In this document: in pieces, positions 37,901 to 49,805 of the stretch
Numbering within the stretch: the stretch's first letter is position 1
How the letters are laid out: every line of letters begins with the position of its first letter
The notes under the pieces: model-generated
The model's database searches: none
Told to the model about the DNA's origin: nothing
Seen by the model: the letters and a program-made list of their open reading frames with translations, nothing else
Translations under genes and position numbers: made by a program
Assembly (NCBI RefSeq): GCF_902713615.1
Contig: NC_052154.1
Location: 15,935,784-15,999,783 of the forward strand
Reading direction: 5' to 3'
Length of the DNA: 64,000 bases
DNA from: Scyliorhinus canicula
Lineage: Eukaryota

Positions 37901-38330
37901 CCAACCTTATTCCTGATGCTCCTCGCATTGAAGTAGACACACTTCAAACCACCTTCATGCCTGCAGGTCCACTCTTGTGACCTTGGTACCTCCTCAGTAC
38001 TGCACTACCCTCAAATTCCTGAACTCCAGCAACACTATCTCCTGGACTACAAATCAGTTTCCCATCCTCCTGCCAAATTAGTTTAACTCCCCTCCTCCCC
38101 CCGAAGAGCTGTAGCAAATTTCCCTCCCAGGATATTGGCGCCCCTTTGGTTCAGGTGTAACCCGTCCTGTTTGTACAGGTCCCACCTTCCCCAGAATGTG
38201 CTCCAATTATCCAAATAACTGAAACCCTCCCTCCTACACCATCCATGCAGCCACGTGTTTAACTGCACTCTCTCCCTGTTCCTCACCTCGCTCGCACATG
38301 GTACTGGCAGCAAACCAGAGATGACAACAT
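31990..38330 (-). mobile_element. CR1 LINE (ORF1 end, APE, RT, tail) split by an antisense CR1 insertion
   Basis: Esterase 38083-38330, APE 37208-37947, ...IKENPKVF at 36880; resumes near 33719 as PVKDNSGNVCMESE and runs through RT (KFADDTK) to the tail near 31990. Confidence 0.9.
33730..36873 (+). mobile_element. CR1 LINE, 5'-truncated in ORF1, nested in the minus-strand CR1
   Basis: VHIGTND esterase, APE (MGDFN, SDHN), RT (DFNKAFDKV, FADDTK), tctttgttctttt tail; frameshifts. Confidence 0.92.
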
Positions 38331-38895
38331 GGTCTTGAATCATCAAAACTTGACAGTGAATGACACAAACATCACATTGTATCTGATGGTGCTGAAGGCA
38401 ACGTGAACACAGAATGTCATGTAGATGACTTGCATAAACTACATTTCTAACCTTATCTGAAGGCCGTAGTATTTTGTAAACTGATCCTAACCATTCTTAT
38501 TATTCTATATTTATATTTAAGTTCAGACTTCTAACCTATACAACAACTGCCAATTTTATACAATGCCTTTCAACTTAGGGACTTCCTAGGAACCTCATAA
38601 TGCAAACTTTAACACTGAGCCATAGAAGGCAATATTAGACCAACATTTTTACTCTTCCTTCATGCGATGTGAGCATCGTTGGCAAGCCCAGCCTTTGTTG
38701 CTTTGAACTGAGTAGCTTGCCACACCATTTCAGAGGGCAGTTAAGATTCAACATTAATCAGGCGGTTGGAGTCACATGTAGGCCATACCAGAACTTAAAG
38801 AGCATTAGTGAACCGGATAGGTTGTTCAGCGACAAGTCATTATGGTGACCGTTACTGAGAATGGCTTTTCAATTCCATATTATTAATTGAATTTG

Positions 38896-39217
38896 TGGGC
38901 AGCACGGTAGCACAAGTGGCTAGCACTGTTGCTTCACAGCGCCAGGGTCCCAGGTTCGATTCCTCGCTTGGTCACTGTTTGTGCAGAGTCTGCACTTTCT
39001 CCCCGTGTCTGTGTGGGTTTCCTCCAGGTGTTCCGGTTTCCTCCCAGAGTCCAAAGACATGCAGGTTAGGTAGATTGGCCATGATAAATTGTCCTTGGTG
39101 ACCAAAAAGGTTAGGAGGGGTTTCTGGGTTACGCGGATAGGGTGGAAGTGAGGGCTTAAGTGGGTCGGTGCAGACTCGATGGACTGAATGGCCTCTTTCT
39201 GCACTGTATGTTCTATG
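38896..39217 (+). mobile_element. HE1/V-SINE-like SINE
   Basis: gggcagcacggtagcacaagtgg...ggttcgattcc; tail ctgcactgtatgttctatg. Confidence 0.9.
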
Positions 39218-39512
39218 AATTAAAATTTCACCAGCTGGAATTTGAACCCATGTCCCCAGAGTATTGGCCTGTGCCTCAGGCTGACAGGTCTAGTGATATT
39301 ACCACTATGCCACCCCAGTACTGATATGCAAATGTTGATTTGATGGGGTCTATTGCTTTTGGGAAAAATAGATGTGTGAGATTTGCAACACACAACTTGT
39401 TTATTTTTCTCACCCAGATGATATAACTCATTTATCTTACATGTTAATAATACTAAATAAGTGGTGTTACAAGCTCTTCCATCATCTGCTGTGTTGAAAT
39501 TAACTGACGACC

Positions 39513-39785
39513 GTGGGCAGGATTCTCTCAGAATTCTCTGGGTCAGAGAATCGGCGATCGCGCCGATTTTTCATGTGACGCCGGTCCGACGCCGTCCCAC
39601 CATTCTCCCACCCGGCGTGAACGGCCTCATCGTGAATGGAGCCGCGCCGCCCGGAGAATGGGCCGAGGGGGCAAGTCCCGCGATTCTCCGGTGTCCTGTG
39701 GATTCTGTAGCCCAGATGGGCCGAAGTCCCCTGGGGTCACGCTGGCATCGTTCACACCTGCAAATAAAAATCGTCAGCCAGTCAC
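39513..39785. repeat. GC-rich MITE-like repeat fragment
   Basis: gggcaggattctc...gagaatc palindromic motifs. Confidence 0.5.
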
Positions 39786-39789
39786 GCTC

Positions 39790-42700
39790 GTGGACGGTGC
39801 GGGAGAGGAAGTGAGCGGCCGGCGTATTGTTTAACCTTTAAAAACTTACCTTGCAGGAGAAGCGGCCTTCAGATTTTCGGCGGGAGCAGTGGCCAGGGGC
39901 CTGTCGGGAAGGTAAGTTTACCTCTTTAAAAACTTACCTTTCGAGCTGTAGGAAGTCGGCCGTGGGATTTCTGGCAAGATTTGTTAGTACCTGTATATAA
40001 GTCGGGCGGTTGCTAAACCCGAGACACTACACTTGTAGTGTCCCCCACCCTTCCACCTCCTCTAACCTAAGGGGTTGAGTGAATATCAGGTAAGCTCTTC
40101 CTTACTTTTTCTTGTTTTATCTAGAGGGGATGGCAGGGAAGGCAGTGCAATGTTCCTCCTGCAGAATGTTTGAGGTGAGGGACACCGTCAGTGTCCCTGC
40201 TGATTTCACCTGTGGGAAGTGCACCCATCTCCAGCTCCTCAGAGACCGTGTTAGGGAACTGGAGCTGGAGCTGGATGAACTTTGTATTATTTGGGAGGCA
40301 GAGGTGGTCATAGATAGAAGCTTCAGGCATGTAGTTACTCCGAAGAATAAAAATAGATGGGTGACGGTGAGAGGGGCTGTGAGGAAGCAGTCAGTACAGG
40401 GATCCCCTGTGGTTGTTCCCCTTAGTATCAAGTATACCGCTTTGGATACTGTTGGGGGAGATGACTTACCAGGGGTAAGCCATGGGGTACAGGTCTCTGG
40501 CACAGAGTCTGTCCCTGTTGCACAGAAGGGAAGGGGGAGAGGAGTAGAGCATTAGTCATTGGAGATTCCATAGTTAGGGGGATAGATAGGAGATTCTGGG
40601 GAACGCGAAAGACTCGCGGTTGGTTTGTTGTCTCCCAGGTGCCAGGGTCCTCGATGTCTTGGATCGTGTTTTCGGGATCCTTAAGGGGGAGGGGGAGCAG
40701 CCCCAAGTCGTGGTCCACATAGGCACCAACGACATAGGTAGGAAAAGGGATAGGGATGTAAGGCAGGAATTCGGGGAGCTGGGGTGGAAACTTAGATCTG
40801 GAACAAACAGAGTTATTATCTCTGGGTTGTTACCCGTGCCACGTGCTAGCGAGATGAGGAATAGGGAGCGAGAGCAGTTGAACACATGGCTGCAGGGATG
40901 GTGCAGGAGGGAGGGATTAAGATTCCTGGACAATTGGGGCTCATTCTGGGGTAGGTGGGACCTCTACAAGCAGGATGGGCTACACCTGGATCAGAGGGGT
41001 ACTAATACCCTGGGGGGAAATTTGCTCATGTTCTTCGGGAGGGTTTAAACTAGTTCAGCAGGGGGTTGGGAAACTGAATTGTAGCTCCATTATCCAGGAG
41101 GTTGAGAGTAGTGATGTCATGAGTAAGGTTTCAAAGTTGCAGGAGTGAACCGGCAGGCAGGAAGGTGGTTTAAAGTGTGTCTACTTCAATGCCAGGAGCA
41201 TCCGGAATAAGGTGGGTGAACTTGCAGCATGGGTTGGTACCTGGGACTTCAATGTTGTGGCCATTTCGGAGACATGGCTAGAGCAGGGACAGGAATGGTT
41301 GTTGCAGGTGCCGGGGTTTAGATATTTCAGTAAGCTCAGGGAAGGTGGTAAAAGAGGGGGAGGGGTGGCATTGTTAGTCAAGGACAGTATTACGGTGGCA
41401 GAAAGGACGTTTGATTAGGACTTGTCTACTAAGGTAATATGGGCTGAGGTTAGAAACAGGAAAGGAGAGGTCACCCTGTTAGGAGTTTTCTATAGGCCTC
41501 CGAAAAGTTCCAGAGATGTAGGTGCTAGATTTGGAGGTAGGTGAGCACTTTGGTGATAGTGACCACAATTTGATTACGTTTACTTTAGCGATGGAAAGGG
41601 ATAGGTATATACCGCAGGGCAAGAGTTATAGCTGGGGGAAAGGCAATTATGATGCGGTGAGGCAAGACTTAGGATGCATCGGATGGGGAGGGAAACTGCA
41701 GGGGATGGGCACAATTGAAATGTGGAGCTTGTTCAAGGGACAGCTACTGCGTGTCCTTGATAAGTATGTACCTGTCAGGCAGGGAGAAAGTGGTCGAGCG
41801 AGGGAACCGTTGAATCACTTGTCAAGAGGAAGAAGGAGGCTTATGTAAAGATGAGATGTGAAGGTTCAGTTAGGGCGCTCGAGAGTTACAAGATAGCAAG
41901 GAAGGACCTAAAGAGAGAGCTAAGAAGAGCCAGGAGGGGACATGAGAAGTCTTTGGCAGGTCGGTTCAAGGGTAACCCTAAAGCTTTCTATAGATATGTC
42001 AGGAATAAAAGAATGACTAGGGTAAGAGTAGGGCCAGTCAAGGACAGTAGTGGGAAGTTGTGTGTGGAGTCCGAGGAGATAGGAGAGGTGCTAAATGAAT
42101 ATTTTTTGTCAGTATTTACACAGGAAAAAGACAATGTTGTCGAGGAGAATACTGAGATACAGACTACTAGACTAGAAGGGCTTGAGGTTCATAAGGAGGA
42201 GGTGTTAGCAATTCTGGAAAGTGTGAAAATAGATAAGTTCCCTGGGCCGGATGGGATTTATCCTAGGATTCCCTGGGAAGCTAGGGAGGAGATTGCTGAG
42301 CCTTTGGCTTTGATCTTTATGTCATCATTGTCTACAGGAATAGTGCCAGAAGACTGGAGGATAGCAAATGTTGTCCCCTTGTTCAAGAAGGGGAGTAGAG
42401 ACAACCCTGGTAACTATAGACCAGTGATCCTTACTTCTGATGTGGGCAAAGTCTTGGAAAGGTTTATAAGAGATAGTATGTATAATCATCTGGAAAGGAA
42501 TAATTTGATTAGGGATAGTCAACACGGTTTTGTGAAGGGTAGGTCGTGCCTCACAAACCTTATTGAGTTCTTTGAGAAGGTGATCAAACAGGTGGACGAG
42601 GGTAAAGCAGTTGTGGTGTATATGGTTTTCAGTAAAGCATTTGATAAGGTTCCCCACGGTAGGCTATTGCAGGAAATACGGAGGCATGGGATTCAGGGTG

Positions 42701-43107
42701 ATTTAGCAGTTTGGATCAGAAATTGGCTAGCTGGAAGAAGACAAAGGGTGGTGGTTGATGGGAAATGTTCAGCCTGGAGTCCAGTTACTAGTGGTGTACC
42801 GCAAGGATCTGTTTTGGGGCCACTGCTGTTTGTCATTTTTATAAATGACCTAGAAGAGGGCGTAGATGGATGGGTGAGTAAATTTGCAGATGACACTAAA
42901 GTCGGTGGAGTTGTGGACAGTGCGGAAGGATGTTACAAGTTACAGAGGGACATAGATAAGCTGCAGAGCTGGGCTGAGAGGTGGCAAATGGAGTTTAATG
43001 CAGAAAAGTGTGAGGTGATTCATTTTGGAAGGAATAACAGGAAGACAGAGTATTGGGCTAATGGTAAGATTCTTGGTAGTGTGGATGAGCAGAGAGATCT
43101 CGGTGTA
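39790..43107 (+). mobile_element. CR1 LINE retaining 5' UTR and ORF1 (zinc finger, leucine zipper, SGNH esterase), 3'-truncated ORF2
   Basis: ATG 40130 MAGKAVQCSSC...CGKC, LELELDEL zipper, esterase; ORF2 APE with an internal deletion at 41521; RT up to QRDLGV. Confidence 0.93.
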
Positions 43108-43451
43108 CCGCCCCATGTATCTTTTCAGAACACAATCTTTCTCAAGACCTGAAAATTGTGGAATTCCTTACCTGCCCAACTCTTTATGCACCTACAGGTC
43201 ACATGTTACTGAAACAGAAGCTTGACTTCATTGACCATTAACACCTCATTTAGATCGTCTTCTGTTTTCCTCTCCCTCCCATGCACCTTGAACCCCCAGC
43301 CAAACACCTCCAGAACCAAGTTTTTGCTGTACTGCATCCCATGTCAAAGATCGTCCCCCTCCCCCAAAAAAAGCACAAAGAATTAATTGATTCACTCATC
43401 GTGAACAGATTAAGGAGGCAAAAAAAGGGAATGTCAAGGATATATAGATAT

Positions 43452-43790
43452 ACATAGAATTTACAGTGCAGAAGGAGGCCATTCGGCCCATCGAGTCTGC
43501 ACCGGCTCTTGGAAACAGCACCCTACCCAAGGTCAACACCTCCACCCTATCCCCATAACCCAACCCAACACTAAAGGCAATTTTGGACACTAAGGGCAAT
43601 TTATCATGGCCAATCCACCTAACCTGCACATCTTTGGACTGTGGGAGGAAACCGGAGCACCCGGAGGAAACCCACGCACACACGGGGAGGATGTGCAGAC
43701 TCCGCACAGACAGTGACCCAAGCCGGAATCGAACCGGGGACCCTGGAGCTGTGAAGCGATTGTGCTATCCACAATGCTACCGTGTTGCCG
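43452..43790 (-). mobile_element. HE1/V-SINE-like SINE
   Basis: Nearly identical to 752-1102. Confidence 0.9.
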
Positions 43791-45099
43791 TGATGGGGCA
43801 GAGAATGCTACGAATGTTTCGTTTGTCCACCTGCAAAAACAAAATAGGGAAAATTGTCCAATAAAAGCAAAATATTGCAGATACCGGAAATGTAAACAGA
43901 AAATGCTGAGAAAGTCAGCAGGCCAGACAGCATCTGTGAAGAGAGGGAAACGGGAGTCTCCAGTCATTGTGACCACCTTCCACAGAAGGGCAAGGGCCCT
44001 CTGCCAGACACAAACACAGCCCAGTGTTTCCATAACGCTGTTCAATGTGCAACCAGGAAATGGAAACGTGTTCAGTTTGAGAAAAAGAGGAGAATGGGTC
44101 AGCATTTCCCCCTCTCTCTGAAATTGGTCAATTGCAACTCCACCATCCTCCAACCCCCACCAGGTTTCACGTTTGGGGGGGGGGGGGGGGGTTGAATTGG
44201 CAGGTCTTTTATCCCGCTCTGCATATTTGGAACCGCCTCTCCCTCTGGCGGGCTGAAGTTTGAATGCACGGCCGCTCCCGCACGTACACACCCTAAACTT
44301 GTCCCTGACTCATTGGCTGCACTCTGAACGCGGAGAATGCGGACGAAGCACTGGGTTGAATGAGGTGAGCGAGACGATTGAGACATGTGTGTGTCTCTGT
44401 TGTTTCCGCAAAGGTTTGCTCGCCCTCCCCCTGGCTGACAAGGCTGGATGTGAACGTGCCAGGCTGCACGATTCCCCCAGTGGGCGGTGCAATGCCCTCT
44501 TGGGCTGGCTTCACCCACACTCAAGAGGCACCAGCGCAGAAATTCGGAAGTTCGACCCCGTCCACAACTAGGGGGGGGGGGGGGGGGGTTGGACAAACCC
44601 ATGTTTGGTTAATATGGCCCATTAGGAGCGTCAATTGAACAAAAACAGTCACTGATGCAATTGTGATATAATATCAGATACATCGATGCAACGATGCTTC
44701 AAATCCCAGCTCCCCACGCCGGGGGGGAATCATTTCCCTTCTGTCCAAACCATGGCCAGACTTCAACTTTAAACTGTGCAGGGCGATTGTACATCCACAT
44801 TGTTCAGGGCCCCCTGTAGGGTGCAAACTCCGGCACAGACTCACTGACTGATTAACATTTCACACATTCCCCCTGGATTTCAGAGGCAGTTTATTTTTTA
44901 TATCTGAAATGAATCCTGATGTCAGAAGGTGTTTTTTGGGCTAGATTAGCGGGAGCCCCCATCAATCCCGGGAGCGTTAGAATGAGCCTCTATTATTCTG
45001 GCGTTGCAATGTTGAATTGTGAGCGATTGTATTAACCGGGATTACAGTGTGATCGCCCGGAGCAGCCTTTACTCTTAGGCAGCGGCTGTCTCTCTCTCT

Positions 45100-45960
45100 G
45101 TCTCTCCCCTTCTCCCTCCTGTCTGTCTACCCCTCTCCCTCCTGTCTGTCTACCCCTCTCCCTCCTGTCTGTCTACCCCTCTCCCTCCTGTCTGTCTACC
45201 CCTCTCCCTCCTGTTTGTCTCTCCCCCTCTCCCTCCTGTCTGTCTACCCCTCTTCCCCCTGTCTGTCTACCCCTCGCCATCCTGTCTGTCTACCCCTCTC
45301 CCTCCTGTCTGTCTACCCCTCTCCCCCCTGTCTGTCTACCCCTCTCCATCCTGTCTGTCTACCCCTCTCCCTCCTGTCTGTCTACCCCTCTCCCTCCTCT
45401 CTGTCTACCCCTCTCCCTCCTGTCTGTCTACCCCTCTCCATCCTCCCTGTCTACCCCTCTCCCTCCTGTCTGTCTACCCCTCTCCCTCCTGTCTGCCTAC
45501 CCCTCTCCCTCCTGTCTGTCTACCCCTCTCCCTCCTGTCTGTCTACCCCTCTCCCTCCTGTCTGTCTACCCCTCTCCCTCCTGTCTGTCTACCCCTCTCC
45601 CTCCTGTCTGTCTCTCCCCCTCTCCCTCCTGTCTGTCTACCCCTCTCCATCCTGTCTGTCTACCCCTCTCCCTCCTGTCTGTCTACCCCTCTCCCCCCTG
45701 TCTGTCTCTCCCCCTCTCCCTCCTGTCTGTCTACCCCTCTTCCCCCTGTCTGTCTACCCCTCTCCATCCTGTCTGTCCATCCCACTCTCCCCGTCTACCC
45801 CACTCCCCCTCTCTGTCTACCCATCTCCCTCCTGTCTGTCTACTCCTCTCCCTCCTCTCTGTCTACCCCTCTCCCTCCTCTCTGTCTACCCCTCTCCCTC
45901 CTGTCTGTCTATCCCACTCCCCCTCTGTCTCCGCCACTCCCGCCTCTCTGTCTATCCCAT
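45100..45960. repeat. 23-bp pyrimidine-rich minisatellite (CCCCTCTCCCTCCTGTCTGTCTA)n, degenerating to about 46270
   Basis: Directly visible tandem array of more than 30 units with point variants. Confidence 0.95.
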
Positions 45961-46651
45961 TACCCCTCTCTGTCTAACCCACTACCCCCTCTGTCTACCC
46001 CACTCTCCCCTTTGTCTCCCCCTCCCCCTCCCTGGTTCCCCTCCGTCGCCCCTATTCGCTCTCAGTTCCTCCACTCCCCACCTCTTCTCTGTCTCCCCCA
46101 CCCCCACTCCCCACCCCTCTGTGTCTCCTCCACTCCCCACCCCTTCTCTGTCTCCCCCAAACCCCCTCTGTCTCCCCCACCGCCACCCCTTTGTGTCTCC
46201 CCCACTCCCCACCCCTCTCTGTCTCCCCCACTCCCCCTCTGATCCCTCTCTCTGCCCCCCAATGCCTCCCATACATCCCCCATCTTCCAAACGCAGCCAG
46301 GATTCATGCTCCCATTCCCAGGACAGGCGCTCAGTCGGCTGTGAGGCGATGTGGGTGGGTTACTCTGGTCACTTGCTGCCATTCCTATTGCTGGAGTGTT
46401 GCTGTCAATTCAGAAAGGGGAGGGGGAGTGGCCCACAGGTTATGTTTGAAAAACCCCTGGGGCACTTCATTACTGTAAAAAAATAATAAGCCCGCCCCTC
46501 GCTCCGTCAGGGGCTGTGACTGGCCTCACTCTGCTCCTGTGCAATCCGCTTCTTGTTCAGCAGAGATGTCCCGCTGGAAAGTGTGCTGCCCGCTGCCGTC
46601 AAGGTGTTGAATGCAGTTGCTGCCGCCCGGGGGAAAGGTGCCTGTGCGGCC

Positions 46652-46750
46652 ATGGAGAAGGCAGCGGTGCAGCGGGGGCTGTGCATGGAGAAGGCAGCGG
46701 TGCAGCAGGGGCTGTGCATGGAGAAGGCAGCGGTGCAGCAGGGGCTGTGC
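46652..46750 (+). repeat. Three tandem 33-bp units, each beginning with ATG
   Basis: atggagaaggcagcggtgcagc(g/a)ggggctgtgc x3 = MEKAAVQ(R/Q)GLC. Confidence 0.95.
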
Positions 46751-47590
46751 ATGCCCCGCAACTTCAGCTGCATGGCCGGTTTGTACGGCAGCCTGGCCGA
46801 GGACTGCGCCGTGGCGGCCGGGACCGGGGACCCGGAGCCGGCGGCGGGCTGCAGGCAGCGCAGCCGGGAGCCCAGCACCAACAGCGGCGGCAGCAAAACC
46901 CCCAGCCCGGGCCAGCGGAGGAGGGCCAAGTCGCTGCCAGCCCCCGGGGGCCGAGCGGTCACCCTGCTGACCCGGGCCAGCAGCAAGAAGGTCCGCTTTG
47001 CCGACTCGCTGGGCTTGGAGCTGACCACCATCCGGCACTTCTGCGACGGCGACATGCCGCACGTCCCCCCGCGGGTGATGGCCAGGCTGCGGGAGAGGCC
47101 GCCCCAGTGCCTGCTCAGTGACCAGATGATGGCCATGTTCCTGGACAGCCCCACTCACCTCCTGGAGCCGCTGTTCACCAACCCGGGCCGCTGGCCAGAC
47201 TTCCAGGAGCAAGTCAGGCTGGCCAGGGTGTGCCTGGAGAGCATCTCCACCGACCAGTTCAGCATCCTGGGGGTGATCAGGGTGTGGAACCTGGCCTACG
47301 AGAAGCAGGTGACGGTGAGGTACACCCTCAACCAGTGGAGCTCCTTCGTGGACATCGCTGCCTGCCACAGCGCCCACTCTGCGGACAACCAGACTGACAC
47401 TTTCTCCTTCAAGCTGGTGGCCCCCGTCTTCCTGGACACGGGGGGCACCCTCCAGTTCGCCATCAGGTACCTGGCGGCGGGGCAGGAGTACTGGGACAAT
47501 AACAAGGGCTCCGACTACCAGGTAAGAAGCCACAAGTTCAAAATCTCACCGCCCAAAGACTGGGAAAACGGTTGGATCCACTTCATTTGA
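46652..47590 (+). CDS. PPP1R3E: Protein phosphatase 1 glycogen-targeting regulatory subunit (PPP1R3E most likely, PPP1R3D alternative), 312 aa
   Basis: Kozak gccATGG; PRNFSC N-terminal motif; RVxF motif KKVRFADSLGLEL; CBM21 motifs VWNLAYEKQVTVRY and EYWDNNKG; C-terminal GWIHFI characteristic of R3E/R3D. Confidence 0.85.
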   Translation: MEKAAVQRGLCMEKAAVQQGLCMEKAAVQQGLCMPRNFSCMAGLYGSLAEDCAVAAGTGDPEPAAGCRQRSREPSTNSGGSKTPSPGQRRRAKSLPAPGGRAVTLLTRASSKKVRFADSLGLELTTIRHFCDGDMPHVPPRVMARLRERPPQCLLSDQMMAMFLDSPTHLLEPLFTNPGRWPDFQEQVRLARVCLESISTDQFSILGVIRVWNLAYEKQVTVRYTLNQWSSFVDIAACHSAHSADNQTDTFSFKLVAPVFLDTGGTLQFAIRYLAAGQEYWDNNKGSDYQVRSHKFKISPPKDWENGWIHFI

Positions 47591-49472
47591 AAGAGATGCT
47601 CCCACCTCCACCAAGAACAAGTGTTGCAGACCCGGGGATGTCCTTCGTCTGAACATGACAATGAAACAAAAACTAAACGTGAGACTCTCTCCACTTTGAA
47701 GCTGTTGGCACTCTTAAAAGATTGACATTCTGCATATTTTTAAAAAAACTATCTATGTTTGTTTGTGTTTAGGGAAAGTCAGTCACAATCATTTTTAAGA
47801 ATTTGATTTGAGTTTTTTGCTTTGGAAAAGGGATGTCTGATGTTTATTGTGACCTGATTTGCATCAATGCTAATATGTTCCAGGAAACCTATGCAAAGAC
47901 AGTAGAATGATGTGTGATCACATCAAATACAGCCATAGATAGAGAGAGAGAGAGAGAGAAGGTGCAACTTCTGTTTCAGAGACCATCTTAGAAATGCCTA
48001 ACTTTAAAAAAAAACTTTTAAAAATGAATTTTGCAGTTCCAAAGTAGCACTTACTATTGGCTGCAGGACACGACAACCCACATAGCTCGTTCTTAAGGCA
48101 TAAAAAGAGTTGTGTCATCTTGAGAAGAAAGAGTCCAATTGAAACCTTTTCTTCACTTCTGCAAGTATGGTGTAAGTCATGTCAAAACGCACCATGGCGC
48201 CACTTCCTCTGACTCTTATCCTTTCCCAGTGACGGGCAGTATGCGACGGAGGTGACTTGAGGAACCTCTCAGTATTGAGCAGGGTGCTGACAATTGAAGG
48301 TCATGGCAAGTTGCTTCCAATGACTTTGAGGAAGCTATCAAAAAAGGGAAGTGGAGCGAGGTGTTCCAGGCTTGTGAAGTGAGCTACCAGAGAGGATAGT
48401 TGTAGGAAAAAGATTTCAGTGCATTGAAGGATCTGGTCAGAGAACTGATTTGAAATCTGGCAAGTTGGGTATTCTGATAAGTCAAAGTTTTGTTTTTTTC
48501 TCTCTTTATATAAATGAAAGGAAACAGATTATATTAAGTGTTTCTGAACTTGACTGTACAGAAATGGAGTGGGGGGGGGGGGGGGGGGGGCAGAAAACAC
48601 TGCCCTGTGCATATTTTGACTAAGAGATTCATGTTTTTTCTAAGAATGGCATTAATTTATTCTCTGTCATAATAGATAAATCTGTATTATTGTAATCCTT
48701 TGCTTAAATGATAAAGTAAGGGAAGACTTTGAACGAGATCTTCAGTATTAGTTTTACACAAGAAATAGCCTAATTGGAGCAGATGTTATATCTATTCTAA
48801 ATTTGGTTTTGAAATGGTGCTCACTTTAAAAATCGTCATTACCTTGTAACTTCCATACGGGGCTGTGTTACTGTGACTGGCCATTGAAAAAATGACATAA
48901 ACAAGCCTTGTGTTTGATCAATCTCTTTGAAAATGTCCCCCGACTTTCATTTTTAATCCCTGACTTGTGCGAGAATGTACTCAGCAATATTTACACGTTT
49001 ATCCCCAATTTGAATCAACTGCTTCTGCAAGGAAATTTTATCATAGCAGAATTAACCATCTATATACTGTATATGTATACAATACTTATAACGTACACCA
49101 CCTGAATTTCATCCACTTTCCAGAGTAAACTCCTGACCTGTGGCGGGTGATGTTATTAAGGTGATTATTTATTGACAGAGCCCTTTATTTAATTTTGTAA
49201 ATACTCCTATACAATATTCTTAAAAAATGAAAATAGTTAAGAGGCAACACTAAGTAAGTTATATAGTGTATGAAAAAAGTGCTGGGAAAACTCAGCAGGT
49301 CTGGCAACTTGTGTGCAGCGAGAAACAGAGATCACATTTCTAATTCAATATGCATCCCATTGGACTCAAAACATTGACTCTGTTTCTCTCGCCAGAGATG
49401 CTACCAGACCTGCTGGGTTTTCCCACTATTCTCTGTTTTCATTTTAGATTTCCAGTATCCATAGTATTTTCT

Positions 49473-49805
49473 TAGAATCTGTACAGTGCAGAAGGAGGCC
49501 ATTCGACCCATCAGGTCTGCACAGACGCAGTGAAAGATCACTTTAAATAGTTCCTACTCTATCTCCTAATCCCCATAACCTAACCTGCACACTGTTGGAA
49601 ACTAAGGGGCAATTTAGCATGACGAATCCATCTAACCCGGATACCTTTGGACTGTGGGAGGAAACTGGAGCATCCGGAAGAAACCCACACAAACACGGGG
49701 AGAAGGTGCAAACTGCACACAGACAGTCACCCAAGGCCGGAATCGAACCCAGGTTCCTGACACTGTGAGTCAGCGTTGCTAACCACTGTGCCACCATGCC
49801 GCCCG
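49473..49805 (-). mobile_element. HE1/V-SINE-like SINE
   Basis: Head, core and CR1-type tail on the minus strand. Confidence 0.88.

Noticed and set aside
38896-38970. tRNA-like A/B-box sequences
   Set aside because: SINE heads continuing into SINE core and tail; no complete cloverleaf tRNA genes seen.
45100-45960. CRISPR-like array
   Set aside because: Contiguous tandem units without unique spacers; eukaryotic context with no cas genes.
45215-46486. 423-aa ORF
   Set aside because: Translation of a stop-free 23-bp minisatellite; low complexity, non-ATG start.
46553-46651. Upstream in-frame extension of PPP1R3E in the ORF track
   Set aside because: Starts at TTG; the first ATG with a strong Kozak context is 46652.
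46507-47533. 335-aa and 215-aa antisense ORFs over PPP1R3E
   Set aside because: Expected from high GC3 codon usage; no motifs.
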